From contig MEDY01000066.1 in assembly GCA_001724265.1 (NCBI GenBank), forward strand, positions 1 to 64,000: a stretch of 64,000 nt of DNA. The letters are read 5' to 3'. Each line of letters starts with the position of its first letter. Within the stretch, counting starts at the first letter, position 1. Below, one piece after another: positions 12,401 through 24,386 of the stretch. Both the position numbers and the translations under genes were made by a program. The notes under the pieces were generated by a model. That model was not told the origin of the DNA. It ran no database searches and worked only from the letters and a program-made list of their open reading frames with translations. This DNA comes from Rhizaria sp. SCN 62-66 (Eukaryota).

Positions 12401-15400
12401 GCTGCCAACCCAGGCCTTGGCCACGGCGGAGGGCGCGCCCCTGACGAGCCCGGTGTGCGGCGCCGTGAACACCGACGGCGGCGGCAGCACGCGCGCGGTG
12501 ACGGTGAGTAGCTCGGGCACCGGCGCGAACAGAGCCGGGTCCCACAGACTCGCGGGTGCCGCGAACACGGTGCCGTCACTGCCGACTACGACGTTAGCAT
12601 TGCTCCCATCAGACGCGGTCTTAGTCGCAGTGAGCGAGACAATGTTTTGCACGAGCGTCCTCTGCTGTAGCGCGGGCAAGCACGCGATCTCCTTGTGCAG
12701 AAGCTTGTCCTTAAGCGAGTAGCCGGCCGTGTACATCTGGTTGGGCAGCACGTTGCAGACCTCGATCGGCAGCACCGTGTGCTCGCCCGCTGCCACGCAG
12801 GGCCAGTCCGCGGCGTGCGCGAGCTCGACCCCGTACTTGGTGCTGTAGAACGCGGCAACGGAGACAGGGGGCTTCTCGCTACCCATGCTGAGCATGTGAG
12901 CCGCCGCCGTGGCCGCGACGCCAGTGAGCTCGTATTCGCGCGCGCCGCGGTGCGTGGTCACGACGCGCAGCCCGCGGAGAGCGCGGGCGAGCACGCGCAT
13001 CGCGTCAGCGTCGCCGGCGTTCAGCACCGCGGGGTTCGCCGCGGGGCCGTCGTTGCTCCAGGCCTTATGATGCGAATTGTTGTTGTTGTTGTTGTTGTTG
13101 TTGCGCAGAGGAAGTGAGGCCGAGATCGCCGCAATATACGACGACAAAGACACCGGCGCGGCAACCGCCATGGTCTTGACGCTGGCCGAAACGAGCGCGC
13201 CCTGCGCCGTGGCGCGCGCCGAAAGGAACACGCCCGTGCTCGCAAGCGCGGCGCCGGAGGGCAGGTACTGGAGCGAGGTGAAGCGCGGGAAGACATAGGG
13301 CGCCATGTGCACCAGCGCGCCCAAGCCGGAACTGCTTACGCCCGCCGCGGGGGCACTAAGACTGGAGCCGGGCAGCAGAGCGCGCGGGATGGAGCCCGCA
13401 AAGGTGGTGACTGGCTGCAGCGTGACCATGGAGCGCGCGAAGGCATTGAACATGCGGATGATGTGCTTCGGTTCGCGCGGGTATGCGTCTATACCGGCGC
13501 TGACGCCGGCGCTGCTCGCGGACAGCGCGCTCGCCGCGGCTGCGGCCCCGGCGCCCTTGTTGTAAGCGTTGGGAAACAACGCGTTCACAGCGGCATTGGC
13601 GCTGCTGCTGGCGCCAGCTGTGTTCGCGAGACTGAGCGTGAGATTGGCCGCCGCGGCGGTGGTGGCCGCCATGGCGCGCGTGGCGCGGCCCAGCGCCGCC
13701 GCCGCCTCGGCCGCGTGCGCCGCGACCGCGGAGCCGGGGGGGGCGGAGTGGTCCGCCGCGGTGTAGGCGAACCAGGCCTGGCGAGCGGCGATGTACTGCG
13801 AAAGTAGAGCGAGCGGGACCGCGCCGGGCACGGGGTCAAGCGTCACTGTCACGGCGTTCTCGGCCAAGTACTCCGGGTCGCTCTCGCCGCAAGGCTCCGG
13901 GTCTGCTGCTGCGGCTGCAAGAGCAGTTGACTTGCCGGAACCCTTGGCCTTGGGTAACAGCGTGTCACGAGAGGAAGATGACGAAGCTGTTGCGATAAGC
14001 GAGGTCGGCAGCACCTTGACGACTTGCGGCCATGTCATGTCCGCTGGCAGAGGACAAACCGTGGAATAGGCTAGCCCGACGCCGTCAAACGCCATGCGCA
14101 GCGCGGCCAGCCCCTCTCCACTTTTGGTGCCCTCTCCACTGCGCGCAGTCGTGACTGCGCGCATGAAGACCTCTGCGCGGTGCGACGCGATAGCCGACGG
14201 GGGGTCAAACGTCACAGTGAACATCGACACGTGGCCCTGCGCGGCCGTTTTGATCAGGAAAGAGTTGGCGACCAGGTCGACGGGGTAGCCGCGCGAGCCG
14301 GGGGCCAGCCGGGGCGCGGCGGCGACGGGGAGCAGCGGCACGGGCGGCAGGACCGTCGGCGTGTAGACGGGGCAGTAGCCGGCGTCGAACGACTGCGTAA
14401 GCGACGGCTCTGAACACGACGACGAAGAGCTCGCACTCGCACTCTCGTTGGAACTGGCACCCTTGTTTGCGTCAAGGTAAGGGTAGGGTCCGAAGCCGAA
14501 GCTCGTGTGCGCGCTGTTGGCGGCGACCGCCGCCACCGCCCGCTGCGCGCCGTCAAGCGCCTTGGCGTCCATGGGCGGCAGATTCGCCTCGCTGGCGAGC
14601 TTGCTGCGCGTGTAGGGCGCGGGGGCGCGCCGGTCGTGTCCGGCGGGCAGCGGGGGCACGACTGCGCGCATGGGCACGACCGTCACCACGCCGGTCCTCG
14701 TCTCGCTGCGACTGGCGCCGCTGAGACCGCTCTTAGTCTCGTCTGTGACCTGATTAGCCTTGGGCACGAGCGCGACGACGGTGTGCTTCCGCCCGTGGCT
14801 ACTGATGAACTTGTGCGCGGCGCGCTGATCGGGCGCCTGCGACAGCGCTGCGGCGTGCGCCGCCGCGTCGGCTGCCAGCGCGCGCGACTGCAGCGAAGTC
14901 AGGTCGCGCTCGATGTGGCCCTGCGCGGGCCGCTGCAGCACCGAGGCGGGGACGTCGCGCGCGGCGCTCAGACCCGTCGCGCCGGCGGGATTTGCACTGG
15001 GGCCGGGGACAAGAGGGTTCTTCAGAGTGCTCATCAAGCCGCATGGAGCAACGCCTGACTCAGAAGCCGCCGCGCCATTGTCAGTCGCAGTTTGACTGGG
15101 CAGGAGCAGCGGCGCCGGCGTGGGGGGCACAGCGACGAGGGCGGTGTTGGCAACGCGGGCGGCCAGCGAGCGCAGCGCGGCCTGGCTGGGTGCCGAGTGC
15201 CGAGCTGCAGCCGCCGCAGTTGCAGTTGCAGTGGCAGTGGCAGTGGCAGTTGTAGTGTTAGCGCGAAGGGTAGAGCTCGCGACAGCAGTCGAGCTGGGCT
15301 GGGGCCGAGCCACAAACTGAGCCAGCGAACTGGGGGGCGCGTGTGAGCTCATGCTGGCAGCGTTTTTGCCTGAAGTCAATGTGGAAGTCGAACTCGAGCT

Positions 15401-15844
15401 CGAGCTAGCAGCAGCAGTCGGCTTGGTGCTGGGAGCAGCAGGCTTCACACTCGTGCTCGCCGCAGTGCTGCTCGCTGCGGGGACACTGATGGCGGGCGTA
15501 GATGCACCAAATAAAGCTTGATACCTCGACGCCGGCTGCGGCGCAGTCGCGGTCAGAGCGCCAGCACTGGGTGCTGCACTTGCTATCTTGGCGCTCGATT
15601 TAGACGTCGCAGTCGCCGCTTTCTTCGCGGCATGCGTGGCCCCAGCGTCAACAGCACCGGCCTTAACAGCGGTGCCGGCACTCTTCACGTTGGTGCTCGT
15701 GCTGACCCTTGACGTCGCGGCAGCAGTCAGTGTCGAGGTGGTGGCAGCAGCCTTGGCCAAGCGCGCGGCGCGGGCGCGGGCCTGGGCCGCCGCGAAGGCG
15801 TCGTCATCGTCGGAGCTCGAGCACGACGAGGATAAAGAAGACAT
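9482..15844 (-). CDS. AGO: Argonaute-family protein (PAZ + MID + PIWI), about 2120 aa with large low-complexity insertions
   Basis: PAZ (LRGLRVVTTH...SVAAFYSTKYGVEL...LPIEVCNV), linker ARVLPPP, MID (YDALKR...GVVTQGI...NLVLKLNTKLGGVN) and PIWI (LGLDVDH, PERILFFRDG, KRHSVRF, PGTVID, EFYLLAH, GTPRP, terminal FYM). First ATG at 15844, no intron needed, stop TAA. Confidence 0.93.
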   Translation of the reverse strand: MSSLSSSCSSSDDDDAFAAAQARARAARLAKAAATTSTLTAAATSRVSTSTNVKSAGTAVKAGAVDAGATHAAKKAATATSKSSAKIASAAPSAGALTATAPQPASRYQALFGASTPAISVPAASSTAASTSVKPAAPSTKPTAAASSSSSSTSTLTSGKNAASMSSHAPPSSLAQFVARPQPSSTAVASSTLRANTTTATATATATATAAAAARHSAPSQAALRSLAARVANTALVAVPPTPAPLLLPSQTATDNGAAASESGVAPCGLMSTLKNPLVPGPSANPAGATGLSAARDVPASVLQRPAQGHIERDLTSLQSRALAADAAAHAAALSQAPDQRAAHKFISSHGRKHTVVALVPKANQVTDETKSGLSGASRSETRTGVVTVVPMRAVVPPLPAGHDRRAPAPYTRSKLASEANLPPMDAKALDGAQRAVAAVAANSAHTSFGFGPYPYLDANKGASSNESASASSSSSCSEPSLTQSFDAGYCPVYTPTVLPPVPLLPVAAAPRLAPGSRGYPVDLVANSFLIKTAAQGHVSMFTVTFDPPSAIASHRAEVFMRAVTTARSGEGTKSGEGLAALRMAFDGVGLAYSTVCPLPADMTWPQVVKVLPTSLIATASSSSSRDTLLPKAKGSGKSTALAAAAADPEPCGESDPEYLAENAVTVTLDPVPGAVPLALLSQYIAARQAWFAYTAADHSAPPGSAVAAHAAEAAAALGRATRAMAATTAAAANLTLSLANTAGASSSANAAVNALFPNAYNKGAGAAAAASALSASSAGVSAGIDAYPREPKHIIRMFNAFARSMVTLQPVTTFAGSIPRALLPGSSLSAPAAGVSSSGLGALVHMAPYVFPRFTSLQYLPSGAALASTGVFLSARATAQGALVSASVKTMAVAAPVSLSSYIAAISASLPLRNNNNNNNNNSHHKAWSNDGPAANPAVLNAGDADAMRVLARALRGLRVVTTHRGAREYELTGVAATAAAHMLSMGSEKPPVSVAAFYSTKYGVELAHAADWPCVAAGEHTVLPIEVCNVLPNQMYTAGYSLKDKLLHKEIACLPALQQRTLVQNIVSLTATKTASDGSNANVVVGSDGTVFAAPASLWDPALFAPVPELLTVTARVLPPPSVFTAPHTGLVRGAPSAVAKAWVGSKTAALAPHAITAAGNIAKSGGARANAADDSGSDSGSGSGSDSDAKSKNAKKRRGASTAAATTAAKTVAATSKAKGKREKKLSAGIIRAEDAVVLSQYYNSTENNANAKSDADNSVAVAARREMMVLSEAAKTPSDAVSTTKKHITAVLNNDSNITDMNSSTNKPAKSKSATSTSASASADVDADDDRDPYRFLVKPDPLDHAAKSLCCDPNCPVLAQSLHFPPNGSVSAGSYGHNAGHGMFPPAGAALSTVDPLDNSVVERLYTSSECANTVPARLIVTAADCVHSDHGYGDASADSGSKARARGSKGTAMVDSDDDDDDINMSSKDISNKIARVTNDSLLNFGPHTLAFTANAANASKDSASAFATQQVPTLAPTAAAVCTETIPVLGAWPARSRRLVAPVPVAAPLFLLAAPVQPAVIKAFFAQLMSTAADLGLSIAPLRDVLTVRNPTQLEETLHRVMMRPAARADVVFLLCSSPRNDPLYDALKRLALTRYGVVTQGIASDKMLSREPLPPAYYHNLVLKLNTKLGGVNFRFSLPKVMLEAPSLVLGLDVDHPLRHHKIRGSHAQAQGSAAGGAGALPVNEYSHACVIGSRDLEATRYAGITLQTGVECEVTPVEHLMFAVRRHITQFLLQTGRIPERILFFRDGINEHEEHKVTQQETAAIKMACRSLDPAYNPKILVVLCTKRHSVRFWPKELPGGKGGKTGAGSGGVAGFGQRPDPEVVAELHVNKQNSNDSAAGDDSNISSDIKTETTTKKTTTPGSGARSSARTASTGEASSVPYSVPLSHPSCYTTHPTMHAPVPGTVIDSPSVTALTGNEFYLLAHAAHRGTPRPVRYTVLVNEGDGLISEQDGATAGQPQQPQQGGLTMDEIQELTYYLAHNTQRIAKTGAVPGVAQHAHSMCTQMKYLSRKYTVDAISKRAMNNSSIGGGAWSGAAALAAAAAVAGKNGEPEVWSEGLHPELWEKSFYM

Positions 15845-16781
15845 GACGCGCAAGATAATACTCTGATAGATGACTGTCTGTGTTTCTGAGTTTGTGGTTG
15901 TCAAAGAAGGTATTGGAGAGGATTACGGATGAGTTAGCACCAGGAGAGTGGGCGAGAGAAATCAAGCAGTACTTTGTGCATCAGAAATAAGTCCAATAGC
16001 AAATACGCCTTGCTAACACTACAGACGCGTGTTGTGTTAATATAGTTGCCTGGCAATATATCCATGGAATGCGACATTAGGCTGTAGATAGGCCGCGCGC
16101 AAGAGTTGATGATAGTGCGAAAGGCACTCGATCCCAGCCGATGTTTCGAGAAGCGTGGCTCATCGAAAGAAATACTGCAGAAAGTATAATTACAATGCAA
16201 AGTGAATAAATGACCTTAAAATAGGATAACACTGTTGCAGAACAAAGCAACGATGCTGCGTTGAGATATCCATATTTTCCGTACGTGGTACGACAGCACG
16301 AGCAAGCAGAAGCGGCGCAACGAGAGTCACGCCTAAGACGAATAAAGCAGGCGGAACGACTTAAAGATGTGTTAAAATTCAACAACTTGTTTATTATGAA
16401 TACGACATGTGCGTTCGCAACCCACTTGACACTCATTCAGTGAACAAATGAACCCCGTTGACGCGGAATATCACATGTAAAGTGAATAACAACATGAATC
16501 AGTCTTGCATACAGTGTTTGTTGTGATTTCGAACGGAAAATAGAAAACAAAGCAAGTCAATGAACGAAAAAAAGAAAAAGAAATAGAGACAAAACCAAAT
16601 CAAAAGAAATGCAACGACACCAAAGAGCGTGGGCTTTAAAACAAAGCTTAGTCGAGCCTTGCTTCGCATCGCCAAACTTCGTGAATCAGTCATCGGAAAA
16701 ACGCACTCGGACAGCACTCACTGACAGTTGGCTGACACAGTGAGCTCTCATGGACGTTGTTGCGCGGTCGCCAAAGCGCGC

Positions 16782-17333
16782 TTAGTAGGCCTTGGTGGAC
16801 GACGAGAAGGGGTTATCGTTCTCGAAGGGGTTGGGCTGCGCGGACGCGGTGGGCGCGGCGGGCGCGGCGCGGTGGCCGTCCTTGTTGCTCGAGGCGGCGG
16901 CGCCGGGCACAGGCTGGCCGCCCGCGGTGGTGTTGGAGGGCTGGTAGTTGAGCTCAATGCCGCGGTCAATGCCGAAGCAGAAGAAGAGGCAGTTGACGAC
17001 GCCGATGGTGCCGGCGACGGCGGCGACGAGGATCTGGTACCACTTGGCCTGCTGGATGGTGAAGACGGCGACAAAGATGTACGTCGCGCCGAGGCCGAAG
17101 AAGGGGACGAGGAAGCGGAACCAGCGGAAAACCTTGGCCATGCGCAGCTCGGCGACGAGAAGGAGCGTGCCGAAGAAGATCTGGTAGACGCAGGCGATAA
17201 CGGACTTAAGCGAGATGGTGATGTTGATCAGGCCGAAGATGGCGACGACGAGGATGGCGCACGACGTCGCGATGCCGAGGGTGGTCATCAGGCCGCGGAC
17301 GCCCTTGCCGGAGAGACACTCTTTGAGACCCAT
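16782..17333 (-). CDS. Golgi membrane protein, TVP15/COPI-associated family
   Basis: 183 aa with 3-4 hydrophobic helices, a Y..FFG.LLLVAE...WFRFL..FFGLG..YIF pattern and two C-terminal NPF motifs. Stop TAA. Confidence 0.7.
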   Translation of the reverse strand: MGLKECLSGKGVRGLMTTLGIATSCAILVVAIFGLINITISLKSVIACVYQIFFGTLLLVAELRMAKVFRWFRFLVPFFGLGATYIFVAVFTIQQAKWYQILVAAVAGTIGVVNCLFFCFGIDRGIELNYQPSNTTAGGQPVPGAAASSNKDGHRAAPAAPTASAQPNPFENDNPFSSSTKAY

Positions 17334-19143
17334 AGGGGAGAGAGCTGTTGTTCAATCGAGCGGCGCAGGTGGCAGAGAGACAAGACAAGAGGAACGAAAG
17401 ATTGTCGGGTCGAGGTGAGTACGACGACGGAAAAGTGTATATTGCGAGACGCGGATTGGGATACAACAGACCAGAGCACAGATAATATGATTGAAACAGT
17501 TTTTTGATTATAAAACAAATACGGAAAACATAGAAAGGCGCTTATTCGACGCGGACAGCGGGGAGATTATGAGGCGGGTTTGAAGCTTGGTTGACGCTTA
17601 ACTTGGCACCACTTGCGATCAAGATACCCGCCCATAAAGCCCCCGCTGCACGCAGCAAACAAGATTATCTTCAAGAAATACATGAGTACATTCCGAACAT
17701 AAAGTCCGGCAGTCAACCCACGAGCGACGGGACGCGGTTCGGAGGTGGGTCGGGATTGGTCACACTCGACCTCGTCGACTCGTGATCTCGCAGCGTTGTG
17801 GTGGATTGATCGCACCTCTTGCGCGTGCCCGTCTTTTCCGCAGGTTCGCTACCTGTGAAAGCGGCAGTGACGCTATATCGAACATGAAAAGTGTATGAAT
17901 TATTTATTGGGATATCTCGACTTAATAATAACAATTTTCTGTCGGGCTAATTTTATCTAACCTAGTCTTTATACCCGTATAATAATAGGTTGCTTTTATC
18001 CTGCTTTGCCACAGTTCTATGAATATATCTGTTTGATAACTTGATGTGAAAGCTTCACTTGCTGACAAGCTACTATATGACAGCGCAATGCCAAGCCTAA
18101 CAATAGAGTTGGTTCGTCTATTTAAAAATTCAACAGAACATCCACGGTTTATGTTCGGTGACTTGATCTACTTTTGAGGACAAGCTTGTTTCATAGAATC
18201 GCCACTGCGATATGTGCGACAAGCTGAATGGCACCCAACGATCGTGACGCGCTTTCCTAAAGGTGCAAATGCGCATAACCTTCTTCAAACACTGCAATAT
18301 TTTGCCAAACACATAAATGTACTGCTCTATAGATCATATGTGAAAACTATTTCCACTACTTATTATTATAACGGAAATATCCTCTGTCTTAGTCAGTGAC
18401 AACCGTGCCAACCCTCAACAGCTCCGAGCAATCTCAAGCATATCAGCATCAAGATAGTCCAAAATAGGTCTAAATATACGCTTAAGTCGTCGAGCATATA
18501 TGAATATATCACTTGTTCGAAGTACTCCTTCTTTCGTTACCATTACAGCACCGTAATGATTGTGCGGACCTCAAACCGCGACAGCTTGCATCTCGCCCGA
18601 AACCGTCCATTGCGACCAGGCACAATATGTCATTAATAAAGCACGCGAGCATTAATAAAAACGCGACAAAAAACAAAATCAATATTAACGCACCCCAACA
18701 AAGATTGACTTTGAAAATCAATAATTCCATGAAGAGATTCCCTCTGAAAGTTGGAGTTACGAGGCCGATCTTGCGGTGTCAGACTGCGGTTGGTGCGTCT
18801 GCCGATGACGGACCGAGCCCGCGAAAGTTAGGCCGTGGGCAGTGGGACGTCTCTGGCCAGTGTGTGGGAGGCGCGCAGATCTCTTTGTGGGCCGATTATG
18901 CCTCTTCTCGGCGCCGTGTAAATGCCGAATTTGTACTAAGAGTTATTTGTGTAGTTGTCTTATGCTATCGGCGTATCATATCTGTTATACCTCCTTCCCG
19001 GCGGTTGTGGCTGTATTCTTAAGACACCTCTTCAGTCGGTCTCGAACTGTACCGTGATCATTTCTTTCCGCTCCCACGCCATCAAACCCTTATCTTCTTG
19101 TCTCTCGGCCATCTCCTCTCTTTCCCCACCTACCAAGGCCTCT

Positions 19144-22100
19144 ATGCCCAAGTCGGACGGCGACTCGTTGAGGCTCCGCAAGCCCGACGACGCTAAGGAC
19201 GCGTCTTCGTCGCCCAAGGCACCGCAGCTCCAGCCCAGCTCTGACGGTACGTTTCAGTCCCGCGCGCCCGCGCACCTCGTTATGTCTCTTTGTCGTTCAG
19301 TGCCGCACACGCTCTGCCCGCTCGCATTGCTGCTCCGCTGCGTTGCACTGTTTCCCTCGCTGGCTTCCGTGCGCTGGGGGCGTTCCCCCTCCGCGGTTGT
19401 CCTTACGCATCGCCCTTTTATTTGCTGACGGAGCCACTCGGCCCCTCCCGCTACCCGGACCGCGCCGCTTTTCAACGGCCGCCTTACTGCTCCATACTCT
19501 GCATCACACACTCTCACACTCCTCTGACTCTTTTCCTTTTGCTCCCGTCTCGTTTCGCGCTTTGTGCCGCGCAGTGCACGCCGAGCTGGCCTCCGGCTCG
19601 ACCTACGATGGCAAGACCTTTCTCATCCCCAAGACGGCCGACACGGTCCAGTCCTTCATCAACCCGCGCTACATGAACTTCTTCACGTTCGCCGCCTACA
19701 CCACCATCACCATCAACTTCCTCCTCGCGTTCGTGGTCAAGGTCCCCATCGCCGTGAGCATCTGCATCTTCTTCTTCTGGCGCGCCGTCTACAACGGCGG
19801 CCTCGGCTACCTCCTCAACATCCAGTCTAAGCACCACAAGCTCACCGAGCTCTACATCCGCTACACCAAGGACCCTTCGACGCCGCTCGCCAAGTTTCTC
19901 GTCGGCATCGCCGCCCGCGCGATCCCCGACGGCTACACCACCGACTCCTTCCCGCCCGCCTTCAACGCCTGGCTCGTACGTTCGCCTCCAGTTTCAACGC
20001 AAAACGTTTATATAACAACGAAGATGTCGTTGTATAGTAACGTTACTTCGGAATAATATGGACATGTTATAACCCTAACATATAGTTCAACTTTATTCCT
20101 TAACATTCTCATCTTTGCAACTATACTCACTCTTATATAACATGTCCAATGTTCTCATATCGCTCCTCTGCATGGCGCTCCGCATCTCCACAGGTCTACA
20201 AGGGTCTGGTGAACTTCTCCCTGGTCAACGACTCGACGTCCTACTCATTCCTGTGCCTGCGCCTCGTGACCTTGCCGACCGAGTGGTCGCTGTGGGTGAT
20301 CATCCAGTACCTCATCGGCGTCGGCCTCTTCGTCTTCAACTGGTGGGCTAAGGTCGACGCGCACCGCTGCATCGGCACCTACTGCTGGTACTGGGGTGAC
20401 TTCTTCTACCGCAAGAACGTCAACCTCACCTTCGACGGCATCTTTGAACTTTTCCCGCACCCCATGTACACGGTCGGCTACTCTGTCTACTACGGCATCG
20501 CGCTCATCTCGCGCTCCTACACCGTGCTTTTCGTCTCGCTCGCGGCCCACATGTCGCAGCTTGTCTTCCTTGTCCTCGTCGAGGAGCCCCACATCAAGCG
20601 CACCTACGGCGACGGCTCCGACGCGCCCCAGCGCGACGAGAAGGCCCTCTACGACGCCTCTGAGGGCTGGTTCCCTTCGCGCCAGGAGTTTATCTACCTC
20701 GCCTCGGTCAACGTGCGCTCCGCGGGCACGTGGGCGCTCGCCGTCGCTGTCATCTACTCGACGCTCGTGGCCTTCATCACCGAGACGCCCACGCTCGCCG
20801 TCGCGCAAGTCGTGCTCTGGCGCCTCGTGCACTGGATCGGGCTCGGCGGCATTCTCTACTCGCAGTCCACCCGCCAGGTACGCACTCGACACAACGACGC
20901 AATATGTGCTGACCTTTGACTTGGATACTCAATATGATTTCTATATTTTGTTTTTAACGTAGTTATATTCTAAACTCACTCTCCACTCATAATATCCCCA
21001 CTTTTTTCGCAATGTTATTGTTTATTCTCACAGGCGTGGACCCGTGACTACGAGCGCCGCGGCCGTCCCCTGTACGAGGCCTTTTCACACTGGAAGATCA
21101 TCTACTCGCTCTCCTCCACGGTCAACGTCTGCGTCTTTGTTGCCTGTGCGATCCGCTACCTGCCGCCCTTCACCGCGGCCGCCCTGCTCAACGTGACCTT
21201 CCTGGCCAAGCTGGCCGTGGGCACCGTGCTGGGCCTTCTCGCGCTGTGGACTTCGTACTCGACCTACATGGCTGTGGGCGACTTCGGGTGGTACTTTGGC
21301 GACTTCTTCATCCCCCGCGACCAGTACCAGCACCAGCTCTGCTACACCGGTATCTACCGCTTCCTCAACAACCCCGACGCCGTAACCGGCTACGCGGGTC
21401 TCTACGGGCTCGCGCTCATCTGCGACGGCTGGACCATTTTCGGCCTTGCGCTCTTGTCGCAGTTGCTCAACACCGTTTTCCTGCGCTTCGTCGAGATCCC
21501 GCACATGCAGAAGATCTACGACTCGCAGGCCGTGCGTCCCCAGGGCCCGCTGCCCAAGAAGATCATGTCGCTCATCAAGGACACCATCCCCGTCCCCGAC
21601 CAGGTACGCCTCGCTTCTTTCCGTCGTATTTGCCGTTCATGCTACTGTCATTGACAAATTGTCTTTATTTTTGTGTCATATATTGCATTCTACTTCCGCA
21701 ATACTTGTTTTGAGTGGTAACTTGATTCACCAATCTCATGCCAGTATGACTCCGAAACATCTACTCACTTCTCGCAAATCAATTATTTTCTTGTTCATAA
21801 TGCCTCACCTGTCCAGGTCCGCGAGGGCAACGACAAGATCGTTACCGAGATGCGCGCCGTCAAGGCCCGCGCCATCGCCGAGGTGTACTCCATCTACAAG
21901 CGCGCCTCGCGCAACCGCAACACGGCCTCTGCCGAGGCGGCCGCCAAGTCGCACCGCGCGACGACGACCATCAGCGCCCCGCGCGTGGTGGCGCTCGGCG
22001 CCGCGCTCGAGGTCGAGTTCACCACCACGGCCGACCACGCGGACACCGACTGGTACGTCGTGCTTGTGACTCACTAAATATGACTTTTAAATAGCAGTAT

Positions 22101-22762
22101 AGCTTCAATATTAATCAAAGTTGAGCATCCTGATTTAATTTGTTTCGTCTATGTGTTCATTTTCATTCTGACTTCTCGTCACCTCATTGTAAATAATATA
22201 TTTTACTATACTTCACTCTGCTCTCCCAGGATCGGCATCTACGCCGTCGACACCCCCTCGGCGCCCGGGCTCGCGGACGGCATGTGGCTCTACGTGCCCG
22301 TGGGCGCTAAGGGCACCGTGACCTTCAAGCCCGCCTTCCTGCCCCGCACGGACGGCGTCTACGAGGTCCGCTACCACCGCCAGGTAAGTTGACAGAAGCA
22401 GACTGTGTCTACGCATATTCCACATACTGTTCAACGAAAATTACTCGTGTAATTTTGATGTTAAAGCCTCAAAATGTGCCTCAAAATTGTATTTTCACAC
22501 AATCTCTTTGATATTCGATCCTTCTTCTTTGTTCTCTCCTTTTCTTCAGGGCGAGTACGACGTCGTGGCTTCCCAGCCCGTGGTCGTTTCCTCCGACGCC
22601 GCCGTCAAGGCCCAGATCAACGCCGTGCACAGCCCCGTGATCTCGGCCAGCGCCTCCGGCGAGGAGACCCCCTGCGAGCTTGCTGATGCCGCTGCTAGCG
22701 TCGCTGACGCTGGCTCGGCCCCAGCGTCGCCCAAGGCCAAGAAGGGTAGCCAGAAGCTCTAA
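19144..22762 (+). CDS. CHO2: Phosphatidylethanolamine N-methyltransferase, Cho2/Pem1 type (duplicated PEMT domains + C-terminal Ig-like domain)
   Basis: Seven exons: 19144-19246, 19575-19975, 20194-20877, 21034-21603, 21817-22052, 22230-22383, 22550-22762. Motifs FWRAVYNGGLG, WAKVDAHR, WYWGDFF, FDGIFE..PHPMY, GDFGWYFGDFF, YTGIYRFLNNP, VEIPHM.KIY and DWIGIY. Stop TAA. Confidence 0.93.
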
Positions 22763-24386
22763 GTGCCGGATCTAAGTGCCGCCGTCTAGACTTCGAGGCA
22801 AGCACCCCATTATGCGTGGCTAAGTGCCTCCGTACTGGCGATCGCCTTCAAGCCCGGTGACAGCAGTCAGTTCAGGCGCCGCAGCTCGGTAATGATGATG
22901 TCAAGAGACCACTGTGAGGGTGTGCTCGAGCAGGGTCGTGCTGCGATCGCGTCATGTGTGGGGTGTTTGGAGTCGTGAGTATGTGTGCTGATGCAAACTT
23001 GAGGTATTTAACACGAATTACGCGTGTGTGATGTGTGCTCACTTTGACACAACGTGCAACAAAAACAACAAATACCTCACAGAAGGCTCCTAATTATTGT
23101 TGCACAACACACGGCCACAACTCCACACTTGCACCTTACATAGCGCTCGTACACTGCTTCCTTCTGTTGTGCTTTTTCACGGCTGCTGCTGTTGCTGTTG
23201 TTATTTGCTGTTTTCTTGACTGTTCCTTTTATAAGCCCAGTCTGTGCGTCTGTAGCTACTCCTACATTCTCGCATGCTGTTGTGTAACTAGTGCAAATTC
23301 TATTTTTAATTTGTTTTTCATTCGTTTCATCTGTTGTACACCCTCCTTTGTTGTCAACTGTTCTCGTGTGCTCCCACATGCTCCACCGCAACCTGGCACG
23401 CTGTTATTGTATTTATAACTAAACTAAATATTAGCGGCAGCAATGCGTCCTGTTTGTGCTTGTGGCTGTGCGTGGCTAGTGCACGTACTGCTAGTTAACG
23501 CTACATTTGTAGATAGCGTTATTCGTTATTGTAGTTGTTGTCTGTCGTCTGTGGTTGCGTTACTTTTATGTGGCTATGTGGATGCATACGTTCGAAACAA
23601 CGGTCACTATTCTACTCTTTTTCGCCCTGACTGATGGAAGTAGTCAAACTCGTTGTCGTTAGTCAGAGTAGACTTGGTGAGAATTATGACAGCTGTTGGA
23701 GATGTGTGGCAATCTGTCCTTATTTGGGACGAAGAATTACGATCTACTATCCCCCATAAAGAGTAACTTTTTGATTTAAGATCATCAAATCGTCGCAATT
23801 CGTGCCGAGGTATTTGACATCAGTAGTAGTACCCAAGCTCTGAAGTCTGTATTATAATTAGCTTGAAAACACAAAGAAACAAACAATTTTTAGAGGAAAA
23901 AAGGTTTACAACGCACAAATACGAGCACCGTAATTTGCGCAATGATTGGCCCTCTACTCTAGCAAAGACATGCCTACTGCTCCTATCATGTAACATCGCG
24001 AGTAGATATGCCGTCAAAACATAACAAAACAACAGAAAGAGAAAAACAAGAGGCCTGAACCAAGAAGTCCATAGGTTTAGCCCCGTATATAGGCGAGTCT
24101 TAGTGTCGCTCACGATCGCAGGCGTACTCAAACGTGAGTGTGTGGACTTGTGAAAGGTGGCGACAGCTGAAAGACGAAGGCGTTGATGACAATGAATGTA
24201 CAAATGGATTATAACAACACAGACAGATGAAACAAAACAAGAACAACAAAAGATCTAAGCTGACTGAGCCTGTTTTCTTAACTTTTGGAAAAGTGAAAAG
24301 CGATGAGCTTTCGCTTCGAAGAGTTCTTTGTTTCGCAATCAGTTCACTTTAAACTATTCTTATATTCTACTTCTTTGCTGAGGAGC

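Noticed and set aside
9482-15844. Argonaute as a retrogene or horizontal acquisition because it lacks introns
   Set aside because: TYW1, PCS, MRPS6 and TVP15 also have intronless coding regions, and the AGO composition matches other host low-complexity genes.
16064-16443. Possible small AT-rich plus-strand gene (ATG 16064, TAG at codon 8, charged helix in 16261..16443)
   Set aside because: The codon style differs from the real genes, I could not build a consistent splice model, and no family is recognisable. I did not count it as evidence for TAG reassignment.
17520-19020. Short ORFs or an ncRNA in the TVP15-CHO2 divergent spacer
   Set aside because: No motifs, no typical codon bias, and no tRNA or snRNA structure that I could recognise.
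23000-24380. ORFs 23035..23418, 23607..23798 and 23820..24203
   Set aside because: AT/TG-rich sequence between converging genes, with no ATG-led GC3-rich coding signature.
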